Shown piece by piece: positions 51,612 to 64,000 of a stretch of 64,000 nucleotides of DNA. Under the pieces are notes generated by a model. It was not told the DNA's origin. It made no database searches and was given only the letters and a program-made list of their open reading frames with translations. The translations under genes were made by a program, and so were the position numbers. The stretch's first letter is position 1. Every line of letters begins with the position of its first letter. This stretch comes from Callorhinchus milii (lineage: Eukaryota): NCBI RefSeq assembly GCF_018977255.1, contig NW_024704742.1, positions 62,808,001 through 62,872,000 on the forward strand, given 5' to 3'.

Positions 51612-53280
51612 GAACATATAGAAACATAGGAATAGGAGTAGGCCATTCAGCCCTTCGAGCCTGTTCCGCCATTTAATTAGATCATGGCCCGATCTGTACC
51701 TCAACTAATCCTTTCAATTCCAATTTCCCGCTTTCTCTGCATATCCCTTAATACTCTGACCTACCAAAAATCTATCAACCTCACTCTTGAAGCTGTTGAT
51801 GGATCCAGCATCCACGGCCTTTTGGGGTAAAGAATTACAGATTTCTACCACTCTTCGAGTGAAACAATGTTTCCTGATTTCACTAAAATGGCCTGGTTCT
51901 AATCTTAAGACTATGCCCCCCTGTCTTGGATTCCCCCACCAGAGGAAATAGCTCCTCTGTATCTACCCTATCAAATCCCTTTATTATCATAAATACCTCA
52001 GTCAAATCATCCCCAACCTTCTAAACTCAAGGGAATACAATCCAAGTTTATGCAGCCTTTCCTTGCAACTGAACCCTTTTAGGCCTGGTAACAGTACGGT
52101 GAACCTGCGCTGCACCCCCTCCAGGGCCAATATATCTTTCCTGACGTGTGGTGCCCAAAATTGAATGCAGTACTCCAGGTGGGGTCTCACTACTTTGCCC
52201 TCTCACTTAATCTGTCTATGTCCCTTTGTAACTTCCTACTCTCATCTACACAACTTACTTAGCCTTCTAGCTTAGTGGCGTCCGCAAACTTGAATATAAA
52301 ACTTTCTATTCCTTCATCCAAGACATTTATATTTATATTGTGGAGTCCTGTAGCTCAGTGGTTAGAGCACTTGCTTTGCAAGTGAGAGACCTGAGTTCAA
52401 TTCCAGGCAGAGCGAAACCTTGGGCAAGTTTCCTTACTCCACACAGAGCCTAATAATAATCCCTCCAAAAAAACAAAACAATAATAAATTGGTCATTTTC
52501 AATCTATGACTGTTTGTGGGACATTGCTGTGCGCAATTGGCTGCCGCGTTCGCCCACAAATATACAGTCAATTCACTTTACAGTGTGTTCTGTGAAGCGC
52601 TTTGGGACATCCTCCTGACGTGAAAAGCGCTATATCAAATGCAAGGATTATTATTATTATTATTATTATATATATGGCGAATAGCTGGAGTCCCATTACA
52701 GACCCCTGGGGACACCACTTGTCACATCCCGCCAATCAGAGAACGTTTTCTTTATCCCTACTCTCTGATTCCTGCCTCCCAACCAGTTACCAAGCCATAT
52801 CACAAGGTTAGCTCCAACTACATGCGCTTCCACTTTCGCTAATAATCTTTTGTGTTATCTTATCCAATGCTTTCTGAAAATCCATGTAAACTGCATCCAT
52901 AGGCACTCTCGTATCCACCATTTTAGTGACCTCCTTAAAAAATTCATCTAGATTAGTCAGACTCGACCTACTCTTCACAAACCCGTGATGATTCTCTTTG
53001 ACTAGCTCATACCTGTCCAAGTGTTCAGTCACTCTGTCCCTGATAATGGATTCCAGTATTTTTCCTACACCTGACATTAAGCTGACAGGTCTGTAGTTTC
53101 CAGGTTTCTCCCTCCCTCCCTTCTTAAACAAAGGGGTGACATTTGCAATTTTCCAATCTAAGGGCACAATTCCCGAATTTCGTGAGCATTGGAAAATGAT
53201 GACTAATGCACCTGTAATTTCCTCTCCTATTTCCTTTAACACGGCGGGGTGGAAACTATCAGGTCCTGGAGATTTGTCTG
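51612..53280 (-). mobile_element. CR1 LINE, 5'-truncated and internally deleted, RT region plus 3' end
   Basis: PDKSPGPDSFHPAVLKE...DWKIANVTPLFKKG...GNYRPVSL...HGFVK...VYMDFQKA and [14 protein letters not shown], then the 3' UTR at 51612-51720. Confidence 0.93.
52340..52669 (+). mobile_element. Full-length young tRNA-SINE inserted in CR1
   Basis: A and B boxes intact, (ATT)n tail; CR1 sequence resumes on both sides. Confidence 0.93.
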
Positions 53281-55838
53281 GTTTGGCTACGCTAAAGCAT
53301 GGTGATGGGTTTCTGCATGTGTCAGACACCTGGCTGACCTAAAACAAAATCAATACCATGTTTAATGGCTGTGTTTTGCAGGTGGACTTATATTTTACTC
53401 CTTGAGATTTTATTGATGTTTGACTCCAGAGAAGAATGGCAGCAAGTGTGTCACTTGATCACATGCCACAGCTTGCAACAGTCAAAGATAGTCATGTGGA
53501 TCGTGTCATCGGAGCTTGGTGATTATTGCACTAGCCTGGAGACTGGAGCCACTGTTTGAGTAGAAATATTGCCACTGGCCTCAGAATGTTGTCCCTTGCT
53601 TGCACTGTAGTAAAGCTCTTTAATGTTACTTCACTCCTGTTGATTACTTCTGACAGAGGTCTGCAAGAAAAAATATGATTTTTAGCCCTTATTGTTGGAA
53701 CTTCAGCTCTTGCACGCTGACAGCCCATTTACTTTCCAACAGCTGGTTCTTCATTTGACAAAGACAGATAGCTATCCTGAACAAAGAAAAGCATCTATTT
53801 TTAAAAAATTATTATGAATCGACCCCCAAAAACTGAACAAAATTATAAGTAATTTTGAATTTTTTTTATAATCTTAGATTGTGAAAAAAATGAGCACTCC
53901 AGAGACATTAAGTGACAGATTGTTTGAGCGACTAAGGTTTTGGCAGTATAGGGCAAGTTAGGGTTGGAATAGGAAGGCAGGAGAAATCTCTACTGTGCAT
54001 TATTGCATTGAAATTTCACAGCTCTGCATCTGCAAGAGCCAAATGTTAGCTCATTCTGACAATCACTGTAAATTGTCTTATGCCGTCTGTTCTGTTCTCA
54101 CCATAGACCAAGCTACTGATGCAATTTATGTCCATCATGTATGATTGTTTGACCTTTCCAGAATAAGTTATATATTTTAAGCACTAAAAAATTACATGGT
54201 GAGAATATGCGAGACAGCATGTGAAGCACTGCAGTGTCATCATTATGGACAATATCTTTCAAGCTATTGGTAATATTACCACTTACATAATACCTAGCGA
54301 AAAACGACACTTTGGGCGTTGAGAGTACTTTTATTAGGACAAATAATCAATGAATAATTTATCTACTTCAGTACTAAAATTAATTTGGTATAATGAAAAA
54401 TATAGATCTGATTCCAAAACATTGGTGTAGTTTGCCATTATGTAGATAACAGATATTATGAAAATTGTCATGAATATTACTTATTACTTGCCTCAGTATA
54501 GGTAGTCTGTCTTAACTTTCATGTTAATATAAAGTCCATCAGTACCTAGAGTATACACTATTCTTTATTTGGTGGTAAACTTACCAAACTTTGGTTGTGT
54601 TTATTTATTGAAATTTACACGTTTACACTATTAAAGGTAGTTTAATTTATTGACAAGTGAAAAATTACTCCACAATATATGCTAATTACCCAAATCTCAT
54701 GTGTTGGAGATCGATACGGAACACTGCTGTGCACAATTGGCTGCCAAGATTTGTCCACAAAATACACAATTCACTTTACGTATATTCTGTGAAGCGCTTT
54801 GAGATGTCTCAAAGATGTGATAAGGTGCTATTTCAAATGCAAGGATTATCATTATAGATTTGACTCTCTTACTCAAAACATGGAAAGAAAATTCTCCAAC
54901 ATACATTCCTGTATAAGACGATTTGCCAAATGCAAAGATTAATATTATTTATCATATTTGGTTTTTTCCACTTTTTTAGTTTCATAAAGTTGAGATGCTG
55001 TTCCTGTCCTGTCCTGTTTCTCTTCCTGCACCCTTCTTACTCTCTAAGATTGTGTCCATTACCACTCTGTTTCCATATCTGTCTACATTATTGTTACACT
55101 AGTATCCAAATCATCCATTTCAGGTTTGTCTTGGATTCTTATTTCTAGACTATGTCCATATTCAATATCTCTCCCTTTCTAATCCTGTACTGATTGCCAC
55201 TCCCTCTCTAGGATTATTTCTGATTCACATAAATAGAATAAATCTAGACCCAGGTGAAATTTCTTTGAATGCTTACCCAAGGAGATAACAATGTGGGATG
55301 CAGTCCACAATAGGATAAGTTTTACATTGTAATTTGGATCATGAGCTTAGTCTGTAGAAACAACAGCACAGATTTGTTGAAGGAGAGGGCAAGATGGGAC
55401 AATGGCTTTTCGCAAGATCACAAGTTAAGTTTGCAATAAGAAAGCCCTTCGGCCCAACTGATACCATCCTCCAGATTACCCACACTACTGTCCTACCATC
55501 ACAGCATTAAGTGATTTTTTAAGAATCCAGTGTCCTGGCCTCAAATAGCCACCTGGCAACCTGTTCTAATAATTAATTATCCTCGGAACAAAAAAAAACT
55601 TCTTGGCAAATGTCCTGAAATTGGCATTTTCAACTCCATTTGTTCTACTGCCTTGGTACATCATAAAATATTGTTCTGAATTACATTTTCATTCCAATTC
55701 AACATGTTTACACCTCCATAAGGTCTCCTCTGAATTGTCCTCTCCATTACCGAAGATCCCTAGTTTGTCTAATCATTGCTCATCCTCATATCTTTAGCAC
55801 TGGGGATCATCCTCATTGCTATCCTCTGCACTGTCTCT

Positions 55839-56445
55839 ACAACAACAACAAGATTACATTTGTATAGTGCCTTTCACGTCGGGAGGACGTCCCAAGGCGC
55901 TGGACAGTGTACGGCATTTCAGACCCGAGCTGGGGTTGGGGGGCAGAAGGGAGGGGAAGGGGGGTAGCTGATGGCATGGTCGAAGAGGAGGGTTTTGAGG
56001 CAGGACTTGAAGGAGGCTAAGGAGGGGCCGAGGCGGAGTGGATTGGGGGATGGAATTCCAGAGATTGGGGGCAGAGTGGCTGAAGGCTCTCCCACCAATG
56101 GTGGGGTGGGTGGGTCGGGGGATGTGGAGCAGGCCGGAGCCAGCTGAGCGGAGGGAATTGGTAGGGTGTTAGGAGGTCACAGAGGTAGAGTGGGGTGAGA
56201 CCATGGAGGGCTTTGTAGGTGAGGACTAGGATCTTGAACTGAAGGATAGGGAGCCAGTGGAGTCGGGCGAGAATGGGGGAGATGGGGTCACGGAGTTTGG
56301 TGTGGGAGAGGTCACGGGCTGCAGATTTCTGGATTATCTGCAGCCTGTGGACGGAGGAGTTGGGAAGGCCGACAAGCAGGGCATTTGATTGTCGAGCCTG
56401 GAGGTGATGAAGGCATGAACAAGAGTTTCAGCGGCCTGAGGGGTA
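55839..56445 (-). mobile_element. L2 LINE 3' ~600 bp
   Basis: Highly similar to the reverse complement of 45420-45980. Confidence 0.9.
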
Positions 56446-56911
56446 GAGCTTGGGCGGACCCTATTTACCGTTGCAGTGACCAGGAATGTATGAAGTACAC
56501 TATGTGCAGCCTGACCAGCATACTGTAGAGCCTTAAATATGATGTCTTATCTCATTCCATCTTCTTATAGCCATTTTTATTGAACACCATAATCCAGCCT
56601 GTAATGTGTTTAACTGGTTGATGAAATCACTCCTATCTTTAAAATACAGCATTTCAATTGGCTTGTAGGAGCTGATAAATATTTTATTGTCTAATCCTCT
56701 CTTTACAAACAATTGTTACAGGCGAACAGTCAGCGGATGCCTGAAGTGCGCTCACTGCACTGCAGAAATAAGACACAGAAATAAAATAAAATACACTTGA
56801 ATATATGAAAATCTCTGCTATATATAACTTATTCTTAAATTGGAATCCCTTTGCTGTCTTCAGACAGACAATCCAGGTTATGTGCTCTTGTATTAATTTA
56901 TTATATTAAAA

Positions 56912-57085
56912 AAATTGGTCATTTCAATCCACGACTGTTTGTGGGACACTGCTGTGTGCAATTGTCTGCTGCCTTTTGCCCACAAATATACAGTCAATTC
57001 TTTACAGTCTATTCTGTGAAGCGCTTTGAGACGTCGAGAAGACGTGAAAAACGCTATATCAAATGCAAGAATTGTTATTATTATA
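56912..57085 (+). mobile_element. SINE 3' half
   Basis: Similarity to the other copies. Further halves at 17845-17965, 38560-38662, 46025-46140, 54718-54855. Confidence 0.82.
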
Positions 57086-57094
57086 TGTCACGGG

Positions 57095-57445
57095 TCAACC
57101 TGGCTCAGTGGTACCACTGGTAATTAACTCTGAATCAGAAGATTATAGGTTCAAAACCCACGCTAGGACTTTGAACTCACAGTCTAGGTTGACACTCCAA
57201 TACAGTGCTGGGGAAGTGATGCATTATCGGTAGTGCCATCCATCAGAAAGGCTAAATTGAGGGCTTGTCTGCCAGTTCAGGTGTTACAGATCCCATGAAC
57301 TATTTGAAAAACAAAGGAGTTTCTCCCAGACTCCTGTCCAACATTCCCCAGGTAAAATTGGTCCTTCACTTCATTGCTGTTTGTGGGACATTGGTGTGTG
57401 CAAATTGGCTGCCAAATTCACACACAAAATACCACAGTCACTATA
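57095..57445 (+). mobile_element. Deu-domain SINE, near full length
   Basis: tRNA-like head (tggctcagtggta...ggttcaaaaccc) plus Deu core. Related copies at 58120-58360 (-), 59020-59500 (+), 60730-61050 (+). Confidence 0.78.
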
Positions 57446-60429
57446 ACAACGACAAGTTACATTGTATAGAGTCTTCCATGTTGGGAGGACTACACTTTAC
57501 AATGAATCATGTGAAGCTAACATGAAAAGCATTGTATCAAATGTGAGGATTATTATGCACAACTGGGCATAATTCAATGCACGTGTAGATGCTGCTGAAT
57601 ACAGCTTCATAAAAAAAAGAGAAACATAAGCTTGCAGATGGTACAGATAAGGATTTTCTGTATTCACTATTCTGCATGCTTCTGTTCTGTGGCAAATATA
57701 ATTCAAATAGGTTATTGCTGTCTTCTAGGCTTGATTTAAAAATTCTTTCTGAAAAATAAACCCTCACAAAAAAAGTCTTAGAGCGCTTAACAATATAACA
57801 ACAACATTACATTCATATAGTTCCTTTCATGTCGGAAGGACATTCCAAGGCTCTGGACAATTTAGGGTTTGCACTCGAGCTGGGGGTTGGAATCAAGAGA
57901 GATGGAGGGTAGGGGTTGGCACGGTATCGAAAAGCATCATCAAAGAGAAAACTCTTGAGACGGGTCTTGAAGAGGGCAATGGAGCGGTTGAGGTGGAGGG
58001 ATTCTAGGATGGAGTTCCAGAGTTTGGGAGCAGAAAAGCTGAAGATTTGACCGCCAATGCTTATAATTAATTATCGTGAACTGGTGTGGGAGCAATCAAT
58101 AATACAATAATAATAATTGAATCACCAATTTTATTTGGGGAATTGTATGGCCAAGAGAAACTCATTGTGTTTTTGAATAGTACAATAATCTTTAACGTCC
58201 ACTTGAACTAGCAGGTGGCACCTTGGTGTAATGTTTCATCTGTAGGACAGCACCTCTGATAGAACCCTAGTACTGCATTGGAGTGTTAACATCCCACTTT
58301 GGGGCTTGAGTCCACAACCCTCAGACTCAGATGACAGAGTACTACCAACTGAGACAAGTTGTTACGCAGTTTAGCATTGTATTGTACTGTGGCCATGTGT
58401 TGGGCCTGATCTACAAGCTTTATAAAGACCAGTGTGCAAATGTGGCATACAATTAAAGTGTTGTATCAAAGAATAATTAATGGACTGTGTTAATCATATG
58501 CCTGAGGCTACTTTCAGAATATTGGTAGTTTTTATGCCACAATAACTTCATTTTTAAATCACTCTCTGTATCTTGGCCAATAATCCTTGAGACCACTTTG
58601 ACATGTCTGCTCGATGTGAAAGGCATGGTATAAAATGCAGGGATTATTATATCTTATTATTTTCTCAAGTCCGGATTATAAAATTCTGACTTAGCTTGAA
58701 GGCTCATTTTTTTATATTTCCAGAAACAAGTAATTAATGGTCTGCATTAAAACACTATTTATTCATTTATAATTTATTTTTGAATTCTGATAAACATCTT
58801 GGGAATTTTCATGTATCGGTGGGATGCATGGAGCTCTGTTTGGTTGGAATACTCCTAAGCATGGTGACAGGTTTCCACATGTGTCAGACACCCAGCTGAC
58901 AGCAATAAGTCATATTTGACAATATGGATTCAATGTAATATTTCCTACTTTTTGCCAATGGCCAGAGGAATTCATGCAAACTTTTGAGTGGGTACAATTA
59001 GCTTATAATAGCCAGTGTTATCCTGGCTCAGTTGGTACCATTCTTGCTTCTGAGTCAGAAGGTTGCTGGCTCAAGCCTCACAACAACAACAGTAACTTGC
59101 ATTTATATACCGCCTCTTATGTAGGGTAGTGCCCCAGAGCACTTGACAGTGGTGGAGCACGACGCCAAGCCAGGGGGAGGGTGGACGTGACCTTAGACAT
59201 GGTTGAAGAGGAAGATCTTCAGCACTCCTGTAGTCAGGACTCACATCAGGACTTAGAATTCCTGTAGTCTAAGATGAGTCTTACGACGTCCCCAATGCCT
59301 TGAGATGTCCTCCCGATGTGAAAGGCATTATACAAATGTAATTTTGTTATTGTTGAGTCGCTAGTACAGTGCTGTGGGTGTACTGCATTGTTGAAGGTTC
59401 TGTCCTTTAGATGAGATGTTAAACCAAGGCCCCATCAGTCTTTTGGGGTGGATGTAAAAGATCCCGAAAGAAAAAAACATTTCTCCCAGTGTCCTGACTG
59501 TGTATCTTGATCATTTCACAAAGTCACAACATTATAACAACAACAACTTGCATTTATATAATACCTTCGGAGAGGTAGCGTCTCAGAGCCCTTAGTTAGG
59601 ATTATTAGTTAAGATTAGTTCAGATAGAAGAAGATTAGTTTAGATAGCCTTCAGCCCATCTGATCTCATCCTTCCATCATAGTGATTTTTAACTGTGTGT
59701 GCTGAGCTCAACCACCTTCCCTGGCAACATGTTCCAGTCATTAATTATCCTCTGCATAAAGAAAAAAACGTATTGTTTCCTGTCCTAAAAATGCTCTTTG
59801 CAACTTATAAACACGTGTCCTCTATTCACTGCACTGAAGAACACTGCAGGAGCAAGAATTCACAATCAAAGCAGAATGTACAATTGGTGTGAGAGACTGA
59901 GGGCAGCACAGCAGCATTTTCTGTTTGGGGGGTAAAGGGGGGAGCAGGAAGTTCATCGCTAGCTTGTTTCAGTGTTTAATTGTGGTTGTACCTTGCTTGC
60001 TTATGACTGAGTAGCTTACTTCCTCTGGCAGCACAATAAAAATAAAATGAAAGCTTATACAGATTAGTACAGCATGAAATGAGCTGAGTTAACACCTTTA
60101 CATACATCAGCCCAAAAATAAGCTTCCCTAAACTGTCCTTCCTAGAGCCTCTTTTCTTGGCACAGCAAAACCTGAATAATTCATTGCTAAATTATCCTTA
60201 TCGCGACAGCAGCAGCTACACCATAGATACTGTGTGTGTTATTCTAAATGTGATAGGAGCTGTGCTTATCAATTGCACCCTTCAATTAAAAATACAGTGG
60301 CACAACATAACGTTGCCATCATTCTAGCTAGCATTTTCTGTATAAATGTAAATGTTTCGTCTTACTACTATTTGTTATTTTGGCAAAACAGTTTGATATC
60401 ACTCATGAATTTGTGTGTCTCAGTGGTAA

Positions 60430-60727
60430 CATCCCGTAGCTCAGTGGATAGAGCACTCACCTCACAAGTGAGAGACCTGGATTCGATTCCCTGCAGGGTG
60501 AAACCTTGGGCAAGTTTCCTTACTCCACATACCTGATAATAAACCCTGAAAAAAAAAAAATTTGGTCACTCAATCCACAACTGTTTATGGGACATTGCTT
60601 TGCACAATTGGCTGCCAGGTTTCTCCCACAAAAATAGTGTCAATTCACTTTATTCTGTGAGGCCCTTTGAGACGACTAGAAGACTTGAAAAGCATTATAT
60701 CAAATGCAAGGATTATTCTTATTATTA
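60430..60727 (+). mobile_element. tRNA-SINE (short form), diverged
   Basis: gtagctcagtggatagagc head, B box, tail. Confidence 0.85.
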
Positions 60728-61065
60728 CACGGCTCTGGGTCAGAAAGTTGTGGGCTCATGTCTCACGCCTGGACTTGAATTCACATAGTGTAAGCTGACA
60801 CATTGCAGCACGGGTTGGGGGGGGCTGGTGGTATATTGTCGGAAGTGCTGTCCTTTGGATGAGATGTTAAACAGAGGACCTTTCTGCCTGTTCAGGTGGA
60901 CATTAAAGATCCCATGGCACTATTCGAAAAGAGAAGGAAGTTTTTCGCAGTATCCTGGCCAACAATACCCCAAATAAAATGTATCGTTCAGTTCATAGCT
61001 ATCTGTGAAACATTGCTGTGCACAATTGAAATGCTGCATTCACCTACAAGTACACAAAAGCTTCA

Positions 61066-61441
61066 AGATCTTCAAGATCCTCACTCTTGTCTTCAAATCC
61101 CTCCTCTCCTCTGCACCCCCCTACCTCTCTGACCTCTCTCCTCAAAACAGTGCCCATTGCTTTCGCTCCTCTAGGTCTGGCCTCCTCCTTGTCCCCCGAA
61201 TCCTCTGCTCCACCATTGGCGGCCGTGTCTTCAGTCACTATGCCCTGAGGGTCTGGAACTCCCTTTCTCACTCCCTTCACCTCGCCCCCTCTCTTCCTAT
61301 TTTCAGCTCTTGGCTGAAAACCTTTCTTTTCGACCGTGCCTTTGGTCACCTTCTTCCCCCTCCCCCTGGCTCGGCCCCAGGATCCGTTACTGTGAAGCGC
61401 TCTGAGACGCTATATAAATCCAAGTTGGTATTATTGTTGTT
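61066..61441 (+). mobile_element. L2 3' fragment
   Basis: FKILTLVFKSL...APPYLSDL...GGRVFSHYALRVWNSL...LKTFLF. Confidence 0.88.
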
Positions 61442-62149
61442 GTACACAGTCCCTTCATTTCAAAGTAAAAAACTGTGAAGCATTTAAGGACGTCCTCCCT
61501 ATGTGGAAGGTGCTATACCAAATGCAAGGATTATTTAATAGTGAAATAACTTTTTTTATGGTATCCATTTGGTATCTTTGACAATTCATGAATGACTATT
61601 TCAGAACTGGTATTTTTAGAGAAGGGAACTTCTCCACGTGTCCTGATCAAATGTCCTCCAGATAAAATTGATCATTCACTTCGTGGTTATTTTCAGGACA
61701 TTGCTGTATGGCTGCCATATTTGCCTATTGTCACTTTACAGTAAATCCCTGTGAAGTGCTTTGACTAAAGCAATATATCTCATGCAAGTAGAAATATCAT
61801 TGTCGTTTATCTGGAATAATTATTTGGGAGACTATGGTTTCATTATAATGATATTAAGATATTAAGATAGATATTTAGGTATCTAAATATTTGGCATATA
61901 ATGCATCAACACTAATTGACCGGGTTAATGTAAGATTGAAAGGGAAACTATTTCGAAATTAATTGATTTTGGAAAGTGCCTTCATATATATATTTTTACA
62001 AATAATATAATAATAATTAACCTCAGATTTGATATAGCTGTCACAGGGATGTCTAAAACACTTAACAGGATTCATCTGTACAGTTAAAGGTAATGGCACT
62101 ATGTTGTGTGGGTGAACACAATGTGTCTATTTTTCTTCTTTTCATGTAT

Positions 62150-62712
62150 GTATCCTCAAGGCGGGGGAGACGATTGGGATCTTCTTGGAGCTCAGATGCC
62201 CCCAAGGTGACATTCTTGGCCACATGTCAGAATGTCAGAAGTGACCCAACCCTTGATGGTGATTTCTGAAGTCCGGTTTCTGAGCCAAGTAGGTTTGCAG
62301 TATTCTAAGGTATTGCTGATGGCAGACCAGGAACACTGCTCAGCAGTAGGACTTGGAGATGGTCACTTGGAGCAGGGATTCTTCCAACCCAGCTCCTGTC
62401 AATCCTGAAAACCAAAGCCCTAATGGATAGGACAGCTCTAGCCGAACAAGCAGAGGGAAGCTTGCCAGAAAGTGCTTTTAATGGCGAATTATGCAGTTTT
62501 AGCTAGGTAAACTTCAACAGTACACCAATGCACACTCTGGGGTTCCCAAGCCTTGGCTTTTGCCAATCTGTGCCAAATAATCTATGGAATCAGGTAAATA
62601 GGGAGTGAGTGTGCAATCCATTCCGGACACAGGGAAATGTCCATCTGTACATGGATACTCTTAAGCATGGCAATGGGTTTCCACATGTGTCAGATACCTG
62701 CTTAACCAAAAT
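62150..62712 (+). mobile_element. Family X, apparently full-length copy
   Basis: Ends ...ggatactcttaagcatggcaatgggtttccacatgtgtcagatacctgcttaaccaaaata, as in the other copies. Confidence 0.8.
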
Positions 62713-62939
62713 ATCCTTAGATTTCTGGTGATAATCTAATATAACAAGTTCAATGTGACAATATGAAGAAAGTTAAGTAATTAATGCCAGTACATCTTGA
62801 CTTTCTATGCAGTAAGAACAAATGCATTCAGAAATGATTGTCAGGGCAACACCTTTAACATAGCTTCTTTATATCAGTACATAAACTGCAACAGAGTAAT
62901 TACAACAACAACTTGCACTTACATAGTTTCCTCCATTCA

Positions 62940-63335
62940 ACAATGCTTTCCAGAACTTTGGCAAAGAAGGACAAGTTGGAAATGGGATGATAGTGTGCAA
63001 GATTAGAGGGATCAAGGTTGGGATTTTTGAGGAAAAGTCTGAATACAGCGGTTTTCAAGGGGAGTGGAATAGAGCCTGAGGAGAGAGACTGGTTGACCGT
63101 GTCAGCCATCAGTAGGGAGAGAAGGGGGAGTTGAGTGACCAGCAGTTGGGTGGGGAGGGGGTTTAGGCAGCAGGTGGTTCTTCATGCAGAAGATGCACCA
63201 TCTTCATGCAGGTGATGGTGGTTGAGAGGGAGGAGGGAGAAATGGAGGCAAAGGAGTGTAAGGAGGTAGGAGTGGCAGGAGCTGTAGCAGAGGGGGAAGG
63301 TGAGGTGGACAGTGACATGTGGGCTGAGGATACAT
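62940..63335 (-). mobile_element. L2 ORF2 fragment (pre-RT/RT start)
   Basis: VNQSLSSGSIPLPLKTAV...LKNPNLDPSNLAHYHPISNLSFFAKVLE. Confidence 0.85.
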
Positions 63336-63454
63336 GGAAAGCCTCATTTGCACATGGAAAGCCACATTTAAAGGACAATTTTATATAGATGATTTGAAAT
63401 GCAAGAAACACAAACGTTAAGGCATTAGGCAACCAAAGTAGAATTAAAATGAGG

Positions 63455-64000
63455 TAACAAATGACATCCTCTCTCTCTGTGACTAGAGCTCCATCTGCCT
63501 CCTTGTTCTCCCAGACCTCGCTGCCGCAATCAATCATGCCATCCTTATCAACCGCCTCTCCTCCCTCATCTGCCTTAGTGGAACTGGAATCACATGGTTT
63601 TAGTCCTAGTTAACAAACTGCCAACAATATATCTTGGCAAATGGTTTTTCGTCCTGCCCCCGCCCGGTCACTTGCGGGCCATTCCAAGGCTCCATCCTTG
63701 GCTCCCATTTTTCTTCATCTAATGGCAATGTCATCTGCAGACATGAGGTCAATTTCCACATTCAAGCCGTTGACACCCATATCTACTTCTCCGTCTCCAA
63801 CTGTGACTCCCAGTCTGCTGAAATCTTGTCAGCTTGCTTCACGGACATCAAGGCCTGGCTGAGCAAAAACTTCCTGCAGATGAACGTCAGCAATACAGAA
63901 GCCATACTCTTTGGCTCCTGTCAACATCTTCTCTCCTGCAGATCTGAACTCCTCAACTTCCCCGGGCTCCGCATCAGAGTGCACAATTTAGGCATTGGGT
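63455..64000 (+). mobile_element. L2 ORF2 RT fragment, degraded, runs off the window
   Basis: NDIL...DHAILINRL...PQGSILAP...DIKAWLSKNFLQMNVSNTEAIL-like translations across frameshifts. Confidence 0.8.

Noticed and set aside
52808..53329. 173-aa RT-like ORF as an active or domesticated gene
   Set aside because: It is a truncated, internally deleted CR1 fragment without the catalytic YADD region; its apparent N-terminus comes from the adjacent family X repeat.

Overview
Eukaryotic, AT-rich, repeat-dense vertebrate DNA. The repeat landscape (tRNA-headed SINEs with L2-type tails, Deu-domain SINEs, L2 and CR1 LINE fragments) points to a cartilaginous fish, probably a chimaera or elephant-shark type (inference). 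The only host gene I can support is the 5' end of GALNTL6 on the minus strand. It comprises a TATA/CCAAT/E-box/GC-box promoter (~32185-32246), a probable non-coding exon 1 (donor after 31628) and the first coding exon (ATG 30981, 45 codons, donor after 30847). Positions 1-30846 appear to be its large following intron, and positions above ~32.3 kb are upstream intergenic DNA. A 1.67-kb C/A-rich minisatellite abuts the promoter. Nearly all ORF-track entries are spurious or decayed LINE ORF2 fragments. The most notable observations are: templated duplications, including a 39-bp fold-back, at the 5' junctions of the youngest SINE insertions; a SINE 3' stem-loop whose loop matches the co-resident L2; an unclassified ~600-bp A-tailed repeat family with about 10 copies; three-layer nested insertions; and the promoter VNTR. 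I found no new multi-gene system. Repeat boundaries are approximate (read by eye).
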